A stretch of 32,000 nucleotides of DNA from Sinorhizobium meliloti (GCF_017876815.1 NZ_JAGIOS010000001.1:2760001-2792000); one strand, 5' to 3'. Positions 1 to 8,291 are shown, numbered from the stretch's first letter. Notes: generated by a model from the sequence alone, not told the origin. Numbers and translations: made by a program.

Positions 1-1341
1 CATGCCCTTGAGCACGAGCGTGAAGAACCGCTTCTGTTCTTCCGGCACCGCGCCGATCGCGACCGTGCGGGTGATGTCGGTCGTACCGTTGATGTATTGC
101 GCGCCGGAGTCGATCAGGAACATGGTACCGGCCTCGATCCGCCGGTCGGTTTCGTTCGTGACCCGATAATGCATGATCGCGGCATGCGAACCGGCGCCGG
201 CGATCGTGTCGAAAGAAACGTCCTTCAGGGGGTTCTGCATGCGCTCGCCGACGGCCGCGCGCGTCGCCTCCAATTGCCTGGTTGCGCCGATTTCGGTGAC
301 GCTGCCGGGCTCCCTCCCGTCCAGCCAGGCGAGGAACTCGACCATCGCCGCACCATCCTGCAGGTGCGCCCGGGTCGATCCGGCGATCTCGGCTGCATTC
401 TTGCAGGCGCGGGGCAGGCGGGCGGGATCGACCGCCTCGACCACCGAACCTTCCTTCCTGCGAATCAGCTCGCCGATCGCGAAGGGGGCGAGATCCGGAT
501 CGATCATGATGGCTGCGCCGGTTGAGGCGAGGGCGGCGAGCCGATCGTCGAAGCTCGCGGGCGCCATTATGTCGGCGAGCTGGGTCAGGTAGGCTTCCTG
601 CTCGATGCCGGTCTTGCGTTTGTCGAGGAAAAGCTCGGCGCTGCCGTCCGCATGGATGATGGCGCGCGCCAGCGGGTGCGGCGTGTGCGGCACGTCACTG
701 CCACGGATGTTGAAGGTCCAGGCGACGGAGGAGGGATCCGTGAGAACGACGGCGGCGGCCTTCGCCTTTGCCACGCCCGCCGCGATCTCCGCGATCTTGT
801 CTTTCGCCAATTGCCCCGCATGCTCGACCGGCTGGATCGTCACCGGGCCGAGCGGCGTTGCGGGACGGTCGGTCCAGAGCCGGTCGAGCGGATTGTGGTC
901 GAGAAGGACGACACTGCCGCCGATCGCGGCAAGCGCCTTTTCGAGCCGGCGAACTTCCGCCGCGGTGTGTAGCCAAGGATCGATGCCGAGGCGGAAGCCC
1001 TTGGGTCCATGGCGCTCCAGCCAGACATGCGGCGGTTCGCCGATGAGATCGCCGCCGGTGAAGACGCTGCCGTCCACCTGCTCCTTGAGCTGGGTTACAT
1101 AACGGCCGTCGACGAAGACGATCGCTTCGCGCTGGGTCACGAGCGCTACCCCGGCCGAACCGGTAAAGCCCGTCAGCCACGACAGCCGCTCGGAACTGCG
1201 GGGCACATATTCCCCTTGAAATTCGTCGGCACGCGGCACGAGGAAGCCATCGACGCCCAAGGTTGCGAGGGCGGCACGCAGGGCGGTGGTTCTCTCCTTG
1301 CCGAACTGGGGCGTGGAGGTGACTTCGAAGGATTGGAACAT
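1..1341 (-). CDS. Aminopeptidase P family protein (Xaa-Pro aminopeptidase, peptidase M24B); N-terminal 447 codons, C-terminus off the left edge
   Basis: It is missing from the ORF track because it has no stop in the window. A reverse-strand ATG at 1341-1339 opens MFQSFEVTSTPQFGKERTTALRAAL... The frame reaches base 1 as ...DRRIEAGTMFLIDSGAQYINGTTDITRTVAIGAVPEEQKRFFTLVLKGM, which is the M24B pita-bread core. No listed ORF occupies this frame, consistent with it being open to the edge. The ORFs listed within 97-1621 are shadow frames. Confidence 0.85.
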   Translation of the reverse strand, partial: MFQSFEVTSTPQFGKERTTALRAALATLGVDGFLVPRADEFQGEYVPRSSERLSWLTGFTGSAGVALVTQREAIVFVDGRYVTQLKEQVDGSVFTGGDLIGEPPHVWLERHGPKGFRLGIDPWLHTAAEVRRLEKALAAIGGSVVLLDHNPLDRLWTDRPATPLGPVTIQPVEHAGQLAKDKIAEIAAGVAKAKAAAVVLTDPSSVAWTFNIRGSDVPHTPHPLARAIIHADGSAELFLDKRKTGIEQEAYLTQLADIMAPASFDDRLAALASTGAAIMIDPDLAPFAIGELIRRKEGSVVEAVDPARLPRACKNAAEIAGSTRAHLQDGAAMVEFLAWLDGREPGSVTEIGATRQLEATRAAVGERMQNPLKDVSFDTIAGAGSHAAIMHYRVTNETDRRIEAGTMFLIDSGAQYINGTTDITRTVAIGAVPEEQKRFFTLVLKGM

Positions 1342-1619
1342 GGACTTTCCCGGTAAGCTTGGCGGAGACCGCAGGTGAGATGGGCATGTTAATGCATCTC
1401 TTCCAAAAGTGGAGCAGCGGTTTTGGAATAACGACCTGCATAAAGTAACAACTTAAACTCGTTCGCGCAGGGGGGAGACGAGATTCGCCCATGAACAGCG
1501 TGTACCTCGGGTGGTGCAGGACGCGCATTTGCCCATTTGTCATACATATGCACGCGGCGCATGGCACCCATGCCGGAATGTATCTTTCTCTATCGGAATT
1601 ATGGTTTATAAGCCCGCTC

Positions 1620-1813
1620 AACGAACACGGACGAACGTCCGCCGGTTCAAAAGACTGCAGTTCCGAGAATAGTTGGTCATCTGTTCTCCTCCTCCCTCAG
1701 GGTGGCCAGCTTCGGAACGGTAGAGCCCGCTTGAGCGCTCCTCCTCCTCAAGCTCGCGGGTATGGTCGGCCAAAAGCCGGTCAGCAGGCGATGCTTCGGC
1801 ATCGCCTTTGTTT
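1620..1813 (+). ncRNA. Candidate trans-acting sRNA with anti-Shine-Dalgarno loops (alpha-r14 / cuckoo / CcsR-like); 5' end uncertain (about 1620-1675)
   Basis: Hairpin 1 (1675-1707) has a loop containing CCTCCTCCC (1688-1696). Hairpin 2 (1726-1760) has the 6-bp stem cttgag/ctcaag and the loop cgCTCCTCCTC. A small hairpin at 1763-1779 follows, then a UUCG-tetraloop terminator at 1786-1813. A possible promoter is CTTTCT-N17-TATAAG (1584-1612). There is no credible CDS on this strand. Confidence 0.45.
1786..1813 (+). terminator. Rho-independent terminator (aggcgatgc-ttcg-gcatcgcct followed by ttgttt)
   Basis: A perfect 9-bp GC-rich stem with a UUCG tetraloop is followed by a T-rich tract. Confidence 0.7.
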
Positions 1814-1817
1814 CGAG

Positions 1818-1860
1818 AAGGCTGCCCCGTCATGATGGACCGGGCGGCCTTTTCGTTTTC
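1818..1860 (+). terminator. Second, back-up rho-independent terminator
   Basis: A 14-bp stem (1818-1831 pairing with 1838-1851) has one C.C mismatch and one G.U pair, with the loop atgatg. It is followed by ttcgttttc. Confidence 0.6.
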
Positions 1861-2086
1861 TCGGTTCCCCTTTCGGTCGATACTCCTTCTATCGTCATCC
1901 CTGCGCTTGGCGCAGGAGGGAGGATCCAGTTCGGCGCAATAGAGCCTGTCCGGGACGGAAGTGCCTGTGGAAACAGGCGGTGTCCACGGGAAAACAAATG
2001 AAGAACGGTTTGCTTCGTGATAAGCCTGCTTACGGTCGACTTGCGAGGATATCTCTCAAACGGAGCATGCAGAGGTAGGAGCGGCG

Positions 2087-2344
2087 ATGCTGAAAACCGA
2101 TACCCGCCAAGCGAATTGGCGCCGTGCCAATCCAGGGAAATACGATGCTCATCTCGCTGTGCAGCGAGCAGTGAAGGCAGGCGAACTGGAAAAGCAAACG
2201 TGCGAGGTCTGCGGGATCGAAGCGGTCGATGCCCATCACGATCAATACGACGAGCCTTTAAAGGTGCGGTGGCTTTGCCGCCGACATCACACGAGGCTTC
2301 ATCACTACGGCGAAGACATGTTTCCGATCAGGGATGCACTTTAG
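2087..2344 (+). CDS. Small HNH-type endonuclease-like protein (85 aa), phage/mobile-element style
   Basis: The motif CEVCG...VDAHHDQYDEPLKVRWLCRRHHTRLH matches the CxxCG...AHHxDYxKPLxVxWLCxxCH layout of small phage HNH proteins. The SD aggag at 2073-2077 lies upstream of the ATG at 2087. Confidence 0.7.
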   Translation: MLKTDTRQANWRRANPGKYDAHLAVQRAVKAGELEKQTCEVCGIEAVDAHHDQYDEPLKVRWLCRRHHTRLHHYGEDMFPIRDAL

Positions 2345-2611
2345 AGATCCCCGGAGCTGAATTACGGCAGGGCAAGTTGGTCTTGCCGTCAGCGCGGCTG
2401 GATCACGATCAGCGAATGTAATTACGACGTTCTGGAACGATCGTACTACCTCGATTCCGGACAAGAACCGGTTGGTCGCTTCAGCGATGCGTTTCTTGAG
2501 AAAGTGCGACAAGCTTTCGTGCCGTTTTTGGCGGCAGGATCAGCGCGGGTCAATCGAACCTGACGGCGCGCCGGACCCTGGCGACAGCGTGCAAGAAATA
2601 CGAGCGTATAA

Positions 2612-2773
2612 ATGACGACCTTGATCGGGTATGCGCGAGTCTCGAAAGCGGATGGCAGCCAGCTTCATGACCATCAGCGCGATGCACTGATCAAGGCCGG
2701 CGTTCTACAGGAACATCTCCATAGAAATGCGGCGTCCGGACGCCGCGACCGGATGCGTCTGCGACAAGCGTGA
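2612..2773 (+). pseudogene. Serine recombinase (resolvase/invertase) N-terminal fragment, truncated after 53 codons
   Basis: MTTLIGYARVSKADGSQLHDHQRDALIKAGVLQEHLHRNAASGRRDRMRLRQA* carries the catalytic-serine motif GYARVS and the ASGrrDR region. It then degenerates and stops one base before the prmA stop codon. At under 60 aa it is not in the ORF track. Confidence 0.7.
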
Positions 2774-2774
2774 C

Positions 2775-3650
2775 TTACCTGGTCAGATGAATGGTTACCC
2801 AGCCATTGCGCCAGAGGGTGCGCGCATGTTTGAGGTTCTGACCGTTATAGGCTGCGAGCACCTTCCAGCGCTGTTCGGCGAGAATACCGGAAAGGATGAC
2901 CGAACCGCCCGGAGCGAGGTTGGCCACGAGTTGCGGCGCCATCTTCATCAGCGGCCGCGCCAGAATGTTGGCGATGATGAGGTCGAAGGGGCCGTTGGTG
3001 CTGAAGGTGGTCGAGTGGAAGCCGGGCGCGGTGGCGAAGGTCAGGCCGGTGACGACGCCGTTGCGACGGGCGTTGTCGGCGGCGACGCGGGTTGCGATCG
3101 GATCGATGTCGGTTGCGAGCACCGGGACGTGCAGGAGCTTCCAGGCGGCGATCGCCAGCACGCCGCTTCCCGTCCCGAGGTCGAGCGCGTTGCGGACGGG
3201 CCGGGAGCGGGCGACGGAGGCAAGCATTTCGAGGCAGCCGGCTGTCGTGCCGTGATGGCCGGTGCCGAAGGCCTGGCCGGCGTCGATCTCGATGGCGATC
3301 TCACCCGGCTTCACCTTGTCGCGATCGTGCGAGCCGTGGATGACGAAGCGGCCCGCGCGCACGGGGGCGAGGCCCTCCAGCGACTTGGCGATCCAGTCGA
3401 CATCCGGCAGCACTTCGCGCTCGATCGGAAGATGCGAAAATTCGACTTCGAGTGCCTGAGCGAGGCGTGATCTCACGCTCTCCTCTTCATCCGTCATCAT
3501 GTAGACGGAGGCCTCCCAGACATCCCGCTTCTCGTCGATCTCCATGGTCGCGATCGCGTAATCGTCTTCTTCGAAAATTGCGCTCATGACGTCGAGGACG
3601 GCTGCCGCCTGCTTCTCGGTAGTGGTGACGAAAAGTCGTATCTCGCTCAC
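2775..3650 (-). CDS. prmA: Ribosomal protein L11 methyltransferase
   Basis: The protein shows full-length PrmA architecture and the SAM motif ALDLGTGSGVLAIAA. I prefer the GTG start at 3650 (VSEIRLFVTTTEKQ) with the SD aaggaaag. The track ORF extends to an ATG at 3689. Confidence 0.9.
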   Translation of the reverse strand: MSEIRLFVTTTEKQAAAVLDVMSAIFEEDDYAIATMEIDEKRDVWEASVYMMTDEEESVRSRLAQALEVEFSHLPIEREVLPDVDWIAKSLEGLAPVRAGRFVIHGSHDRDKVKPGEIAIEIDAGQAFGTGHHGTTAGCLEMLASVARSRPVRNALDLGTGSGVLAIAAWKLLHVPVLATDIDPIATRVAADNARRNGVVTGLTFATAPGFHSTTFSTNGPFDLIIANILARPLMKMAPQLVANLAPGGSVILSGILAEQRWKVLAAYNGQNLKHARTLWRNGWVTIHLTR

Positions 3651-3811
3651 GGTGCTTTCCTTCGGCGTGCAGCCATTCAAAAGGGCCACAGCGGCTTCGG
3701 CGCGTCCGATCGGATGCGCGGCGCTGTGGGCGGTTCGCCGCTATCATGAATGAGGTACAAAGGCAAAGCGCCGGGTTTACCGGCGCCCGCAGGATACACG
3801 GGCAAACATTG

Positions 3812-4414
3812 TTAGCCGCGCGTGAGGTTTTCCAGCTTCTTGACGGCCGTTTCCGGGTTTTCGCCATAGGCGATCGTTCCGCTGAACTGGCCGTTGGCGT
3901 CGAGCAGGAAGACAGAGGCGGTATGATCCATCGTGTAGTCGCCGTCCGGCTTTGCCTCGTCGGTGGGGACTTTCTTGTAATAGACGCGGTAACCCTTGAC
4001 CATTTCCAGCACCTTGTCGGGCGGACCGGAGATGCCGGTGATGCGCTTGGACACGTTTGAAACATACTGGCCGAGCACTTCGGGTGTATCGCGCTCGGGA
4101 TCGACGGTGATGAAGTAGGCCTGCAGCTTGTTGCCCTCGGGATCGACCTTATCGAGCCAGCCGTTGAGTTCGAACAGCGTGGTCGGGCAAACTTCCGGGC
4201 AATGGGTGAAGCCGAAGAAGAGCGCCGTCGGCTTGCCGGTGAACGCCTTCTCGGTGATCTGCTCGCCATTCTGGGCGACAAGGGTAAAGGGCACGCCGAA
4301 GGGGCCGGATGCGGCCTGCTGCTTCGGCTGGGTCATGTCGAAGGTCAGCCAGCCGAGGACGGCCACCATGACGAGAATGGCTACCCAGAGAACGATGCGT
4401 ATGGATTTCATCAT
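3812..4414 (-). CDS. SCO1/SenC family copper chaperone (thioredoxin fold)
   Basis: An N-terminal TM anchor (IVLWVAILVMVAVLGWL) is followed by the FGFTHCPEVCPTTL CxxxC motif and a conserved distal His (DHTASVFLLD). The start is at MMKSIR (4414 or 4411). Confidence 0.9.
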   Translation of the reverse strand: MMKSIRIVLWVAILVMVAVLGWLTFDMTQPKQQAASGPFGVPFTLVAQNGEQITEKAFTGKPTALFFGFTHCPEVCPTTLFELNGWLDKVDPEGNKLQAYFITVDPERDTPEVLGQYVSNVSKRITGISGPPDKVLEMVKGYRVYYKKVPTDEAKPDGDYTMDHTASVFLLDANGQFSGTIAYGENPETAVKKLENLTRG

Positions 4415-4558
4415 TGCCACCAGTCTGTTGCTGCCCCGACGCATCTGAGACAGACGCGCGGCGCCGTCGGGCCGTCAGGAATGTAGAGCGTTGATACCGC
4501 GTCGGACACACGGGTGCAAAGGGGACAATTGCCGCAGGTTCGCTTGAGGCGGTGCGTC

Positions 4559-4717
4559 TCAGATGCACCAGGCGAGACCGGCTTGCGCCAGCGACAGGAA
4601 AATGTCGGCGCCATTCGCGATCCAGCCTTTGAAGGCGAGCAGGAAGACGAGCGCGAGCACGCCGGTGGCGAGGGCGAAGATCAGGGGAGAGAGCGACTTC
4701 TTGGTATCCGTGCGCAT
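4559..4717 (-). CDS. Hypothetical small membrane protein (52 aa)
   Basis: MRTDTKKSLSPLIFALATGVLALVFLLAFKGWIANGADIFLSLAQAGLAWCI has one clear TM helix. There is no convincing SD and no recognisable family. Confidence 0.3.
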   Translation of the reverse strand: MRTDTKKSLSPLIFALATGVLALVFLLAFKGWIANGADIFLSLAQAGLAWCI

Positions 4718-4967
4718 GAAGCGATCATAGCACCGTGAGACGGAAGGAAAAGGGCAGCAGCGGTCGAAACGCGCGAACTTCCGCAAAGTCGCGGGCAGTG
4801 TTTTAGCGATTGTTTAAGGTCTGTTTGCCACTGTCCGCCGACGCGGAGAAGTGCACCACTTCGATATGACATGAGGTCATCCGGTTGATCGAGCCCGGTT
4901 TTCCGCATCGATCGCAACGGAGGACCCCGCCTGCCGCCGGCGGGTCCAGCTATGGACTGCCATATCG

Positions 4968-7037
4968 ATGAACACCGTTCCATCCGCCAAGGGAAAGCTT
5001 TCCGTCAGCCTACGCCTTGCGACGCTTGCGGGCGCAGCCTTTCTAGGTTTCGGTTCCGTTCTCGCCGTCGGCCTTTATGAGCAAGGCGGCTCGCAAGAGG
5101 CACTCGACAAGGCGGTTATCGCTCAGCGCGGCATGGGAACGCTCGAGGAAATGCGCCTTGCCCGCCTGGAGCTCGTGCTTGCGGCAATGGACACCATCGT
5201 CGACCGCGGCGAACGCCGGATACAGCCGGAACGTGCGGCCCAGATCGGATCCTCGCTCGAGGTCATCGAGGGCAGGCAAGCCGATCTCGAAGCGCTCGCG
5301 CGTCTTATCGGCAAGCCGGAAGTTCTTGCCGGTTTCGAATCGGATATGGCCCAACTGCGCAAGGCCGTCGAGCAGGACCTGAAAGCGCTCGTGGAGGCCG
5401 GAGCGCCAGCCGAGGAATTCGCCCGCATCGACGATGTCATCGACGCCGCAGGCGAGCGCGTGGGCGCATCGCTTGCGCAATTGGCCGATGCCGCAGCCAG
5501 CCTGGCCGCGGGGCGCATCGCAGATGTCCGCACCAGTGGTGAGCATGCGCTCATGCTCCAGGCAGCCGCCTGTTTGCTGGCAATGGCGACCCTGATCGGC
5601 CTGATCTGGTTCCATGGGAACGTCTTGCGCCGGGGCATCCTCGGTCTGCGCGACAGCATGCGGCGGATACATTCGGGCGATCTCACGGCTGAAGCGGCGG
5701 GGCTCGACCGCGGCGACGAAATCGGCGAGATGGCACGTTCGGTGGAGCTTTTCCGGGTCTCGGCAATCGAGAAACGCGCGCTCAAGGAAAGGGCCAGGGC
5801 GAGCCGGCAGGAAACCGAGACGGAACGCGAGCGTCACGAGACGGAGCGCGAGCAGGCGATCGGACTGATCAACACCGCAGTCGAAGCCCTCGGCGGAGCG
5901 CTCAATCAGCTTGCAGACGGCAATCTGGCGGTTGCGATCCGCGAGCCTTTCGATGGCGGGCTCGATGCGTTGCGCCGTGACTTCAACGACACGGTGGAAC
6001 GGCTGAGCCAGGTCCTTTCGAGTGTCAAGGAGAATACCGCCTCGATCGAATCGAACGGGCGGCAGATGCGCAGCGCTGCCGATGATCTGGCGCGGCGGAC
6101 GGAAAAACAGGCCGCGTCGCTGGAGCAGACGTCGGCCGCGCTCGAGGAAATCACCGTCACGGTGAAGACAGCGACCGAGCGCGCCGAAGAGGCGAGCCAC
6201 ATGGTCGACGAGACACGCATCAATGCGGAGGAGTCCGGGCGCATCGTCGGCGAGGCGATCGCCGCCATGGCCCGCATCGAGGGCGCTTCCAGCGAGATCG
6301 GCAAGATCATCGACGTGATCGACGAGATTGCGTTCCAGACCAATCTGCTGGCGCTCAATGCCGGGGTCGAGGCCGCGCGGGCGGGAGAGGCCGGCAAGGG
6401 CTTTGCCGTCGTTGCCCAGGAGGTGAGGGAGCTCGCCCAGCGCGCTGCCGGTGCCGCGAAGGATATCAAGGCTCTGGTGAGCCGCTCGGGCAATGAAGTC
6501 AAGACCGGCGTCAGGCTGGTTCAGGAGACCGGCGACGCGCTCGGCCGCATCGGTGCCAAGGTGGCCTGCATCAACGAACATATGAGCTCGATCGTCATGG
6601 CGGCGCGCGAGCAATCGACGGGCCTTCGCGAAATCAATACCGCTGTCGCTCAACTCGATCAGATGACGCAGCAGAATGCCGCAATGGTCGAGCAGACCAA
6701 TGCGGCGAGCCATACGCTTGCGCAGGATGCCGAGAAACTCAGCGAGATCGTCGGGCAATTCCGCCACGGGCAGGCGCGCGAGACGGCGATCCGCACGGCG
6801 GCGATCCAGCCGCCGGGCAGGGCAGGCTCGGCGACGGCAAGCGCTCCGGCGCGGGCGGCAACAGCGACTGCTGCCGCGCCCGTGTCGCTTCGCAAGCCCG
6901 CGGCCGCGCAATCATCCACGCGTCCAGCTCCATCTCCAGCAAAGGCGTTGATGGGAAAACTGGCTGGCGCATTCGGTAACAGGCCGGGATCAACGCCGTC
7001 GGTAACGGCGTCCGGTGAAAATTGGGAAGAGTTTTGA
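4968..7037 (+). CDS. Methyl-accepting chemotaxis protein (two TM helices, HAMP, MA signalling domain, C-terminal NWEEF pentapeptide)
   Basis: The highly conserved hairpin tip is EIAFQTNLLALNAGVEAARAGEAGKGFAVVAQEVRELAQR. A HAMP domain follows TM2 (ALMLQAAACLLAMATLIGLIWF). The C-terminus is an Ala/Pro-rich tether ending in ENWEEF. Confidence 0.95.
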   Translation: MNTVPSAKGKLSVSLRLATLAGAAFLGFGSVLAVGLYEQGGSQEALDKAVIAQRGMGTLEEMRLARLELVLAAMDTIVDRGERRIQPERAAQIGSSLEVIEGRQADLEALARLIGKPEVLAGFESDMAQLRKAVEQDLKALVEAGAPAEEFARIDDVIDAAGERVGASLAQLADAAASLAAGRIADVRTSGEHALMLQAAACLLAMATLIGLIWFHGNVLRRGILGLRDSMRRIHSGDLTAEAAGLDRGDEIGEMARSVELFRVSAIEKRALKERARASRQETETERERHETEREQAIGLINTAVEALGGALNQLADGNLAVAIREPFDGGLDALRRDFNDTVERLSQVLSSVKENTASIESNGRQMRSAADDLARRTEKQAASLEQTSAALEEITVTVKTATERAEEASHMVDETRINAEESGRIVGEAIAAMARIEGASSEIGKIIDVIDEIAFQTNLLALNAGVEAARAGEAGKGFAVVAQEVRELAQRAAGAAKDIKALVSRSGNEVKTGVRLVQETGDALGRIGAKVACINEHMSSIVMAAREQSTGLREINTAVAQLDQMTQQNAAMVEQTNAASHTLAQDAEKLSEIVGQFRHGQARETAIRTAAIQPPGRAGSATASAPARAATATAAAPVSLRKPAAAQSSTRPAPSPAKALMGKLAGAFGNRPGSTPSVTASGENWEEF

Positions 7038-7039
7038 TC

Positions 7040-7504
7040 ATGAGCAACGCAATCAAGCAGTCAGGCGCCTATCTCGAAATCGTCTCCTTTCACCTGGGCG
7101 AACAGGAATTCTGCATCGACATCATGGCAATCCGGGAAATCCGCGGTTGGGCACCGGTGACACCGATGCCGCACACGCCGCCCTATGTTCTCGGCCTCAT
7201 CAACCTGCGTGGCGCGGTGATCCCGGTCATCGACATGGCCTGTCGTCTCGGCATGAAGATGACCGAGCCGTCGGAGCGCTCCGCCATCATCGTCACCGAC
7301 ATCAACGGCAAGCTCGTCGGACTGCTGGTCGAGCAGGTCTCCGATATGATGACGATCCGAAGCGAAGACCTGCAGCCCGCGCCGGAAATCATCCCGGAAG
7401 CCCAGCGCGCCTTCTGCCGCGGCATCGTCGCGCTTGAAAAATCCATGGTCTGCTTCCTCAATCTCGACACCGTCATCGCCGAGGAACTGGCGCAGGCGGC
7501 CTAG
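7040..7504 (+). CDS. cheW: Chemotaxis coupling protein CheW
   Basis: This is a single CheW domain (FCIDIMAIREIRGWAPVTPMPHTPPYVLGLINLRGAVIPVIDM). The ATG lies 2 nt after the MCP stop (TGAtcATG), which suggests translational coupling. The track ORF begins at a TTG at 7022. Confidence 0.9.
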   Translation: MSNAIKQSGAYLEIVSFHLGEQEFCIDIMAIREIRGWAPVTPMPHTPPYVLGLINLRGAVIPVIDMACRLGMKMTEPSERSAIIVTDINGKLVGLLVEQVSDMMTIRSEDLQPAPEIIPEAQRAFCRGIVALEKSMVCFLNLDTVIAEELAQAA

Positions 7505-7634
7505 ATCACGATGTTTTCAGGTCGGATCGACCTCACGAACGTGATCGATTCGAAGAAGTTAGCGCGGGATGCGGGCGGAAAGCCGCACCCACTTTCCTCA
7601 TTCCGCCCCGAGGATCGCCACGCACGGTTTCTGC

Positions 7635-7660
7635 AAAGGCCCGCGAAAGCGGGCCTTTTC
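7635..7660 (+). terminator. Rho-independent terminator of the mcp-cheW operon
   Basis: The hairpin ggcccgc-gaaa-gcgggcc is flanked by aaa on the 5' side and ttttc on the 3' side. Confidence 0.7.
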
Positions 7661-7750
7661 GCATGAGCCGGCAGACGCTCGGCGGCTACTGCACGGCGGT
7701 CGGCATCACGGCGGAGCGAGCAAATGTGAAAACGTACCGGTCGCGCGCAA

Positions 7751-7775
7751 GGAACCCCTGCACGCGAAACGAGTT
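7751..7775 (+). promoter_or_regulatory. Candidate EcfG/RpoE2-type general-stress promoter (GGAAC-N16-aGTT)
   Basis: GGAAC at 7751-7755 and GTT at 7773-7775 lie about 90 nt upstream of the start at 7867, in an intergenic region and in the correct orientation. Confidence 0.4.
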
Positions 7776-7866
7776 ATGAACAGGCAGCATTTGGCGAGAA
7801 GCCCTCTGCTGGTGATTACAGCCTCCGCGTTTGGAAGCTGATGTGGAAACAGACAGGAGCAACGCC

Positions 7867-8256
7867 ATGAAAGTTTCTTTCAGAACATCGCTCGCTGCAT
7901 TTGCCCTCTCATCGGCGCTTGCCGGCGTCGCCGTGCCGGCCTTTGCAGACAGTTACTATCCGGGCATCGACCCGCATAATCCTCCGGGCACCCAGAACAG
8001 AGGGGCGGTAATGGTGCCGGCACGTCCCTATTATGTCGATCCTGCCCCGACCGGCAGCGTCTATGTCGATCCCGCACCGACGGGCAGCGTCTATGTCGAT
8101 CCGGCGCCGACCGGCAGCATCTACATGGAACCGGCGCCGGGAAGCCGAGCGACCAACGCGCCTGGCCGGGTACGTGAACACTATACGAACGAGTATCAGG
8201 GCCCCGGCGACGGCGACTATTATCAAGGCATCTCGCCTCCGGCTCCCCGTCCCTAA
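7867..8256 (+). CDS. Small secreted Tyr/Pro-rich protein with three tandem YVDPAPTGS(V/I) repeats (129 aa), uncharacterised
   Basis: The SD aggag precedes the ATG at 7867. The signal peptide is MKVSFRTSLAAFALSSALAGVAVPAFA|DSYY. It is a paralogue of 8566-8865, sharing DSYYxGxDPxxPPGTQN and G(D/E)GDYYxGIxPP. Confidence 0.75.
   Translation: MKVSFRTSLAAFALSSALAGVAVPAFADSYYPGIDPHNPPGTQNRGAVMVPARPYYVDPAPTGSVYVDPAPTGSVYVDPAPTGSIYMEPAPGSRATNAPGRVREHYTNEYQGPGDGDYYQGISPPAPRP
8032..8145 (+). repeat. In-frame 30-bp tandem repeat, 3 full copies plus 1 degenerate copy
   Basis: The copies lie at 8032-8061, 8062-8091 and 8092-8121, with a partial copy at 8122-8145. They differ almost only at synonymous third positions (cct gcc ccg acc / ccc gca ccg acg / ccg gcg ccg acc). 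Confidence 0.9.
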
Positions 8257-8291
8257 ACATTTTTAGTTGCCTTCGAGCGCATTGCGCTTTC

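Noticed and set aside
1618-1833. A minus-strand ORF of 71 aa has an internal 20-aa ORF (ATG at 1680) preceded by an exceptionally strong SD (gagggaggaggag).
   Set aside because: The apparent SD is simply the reverse complement of the CCTCCTCCC anti-SD loop of the + strand sRNA candidate. The peptide has no features, the 71-aa version has no SD, and + strand terminators flank the region.
2544-2564. A GGTTCGATTGACC-like sequence on the minus strand resembles a tRNA T-arm. It might have been an att-site fragment for the mobile-element remnant.
   Set aside because: The stem is only 4 bp with an 8-nt loop. There is no acceptor stem or CCA context and no matching direct repeat elsewhere in the window.
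4441-4566. An 11-bp perfect inverted repeat, gcatctgagac (4441-4451) and gtctcagatgc (4556-4566), spans the SCO1 upstream region.
   Set aside because: The arms are about 105 bp apart. Roughly one such 11-mer inverted pair within 200 bp is expected by chance in 32 kb, and no supporting motif or structure was seen.
5043-6911. Very long ORFs lie antisense to, or out of frame with, confident genes. Examples are 5043-6911 (-), 12419-13939 (+), 14039-14980 (+), 16349-17752 (-), 17365-19281 (-), 19516-20826 (-), 21756-23492 (-), 23872-26274 (-) and 29673-31103 (-).
   Set aside because: Their translations are Arg/Ala/Gly/Pro-rich low-complexity strings with no recognisable motifs. Each is fully shadowed by a gene with strong family signatures (MCP, UvrD, MFP, RND pump, FAD oxidase, AsmA). 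This is the typical stop-codon-poor alternate-frame artefact of high-GC DNA.
7505-7612. After cheW there are nested short palindromes (gatcacg...cgtgatc, ggtcg-gat-cgacc) and a gcggaaagccgcacccactttcc motif. The motif resembles gcggaaaaccgctgcacggttttcc at 12273-12297.
   Set aside because: These look like members of common short rhizobial intergenic motifs. The similarity between the two sites is partial, and I cannot assign a family or function without a genome-wide search.
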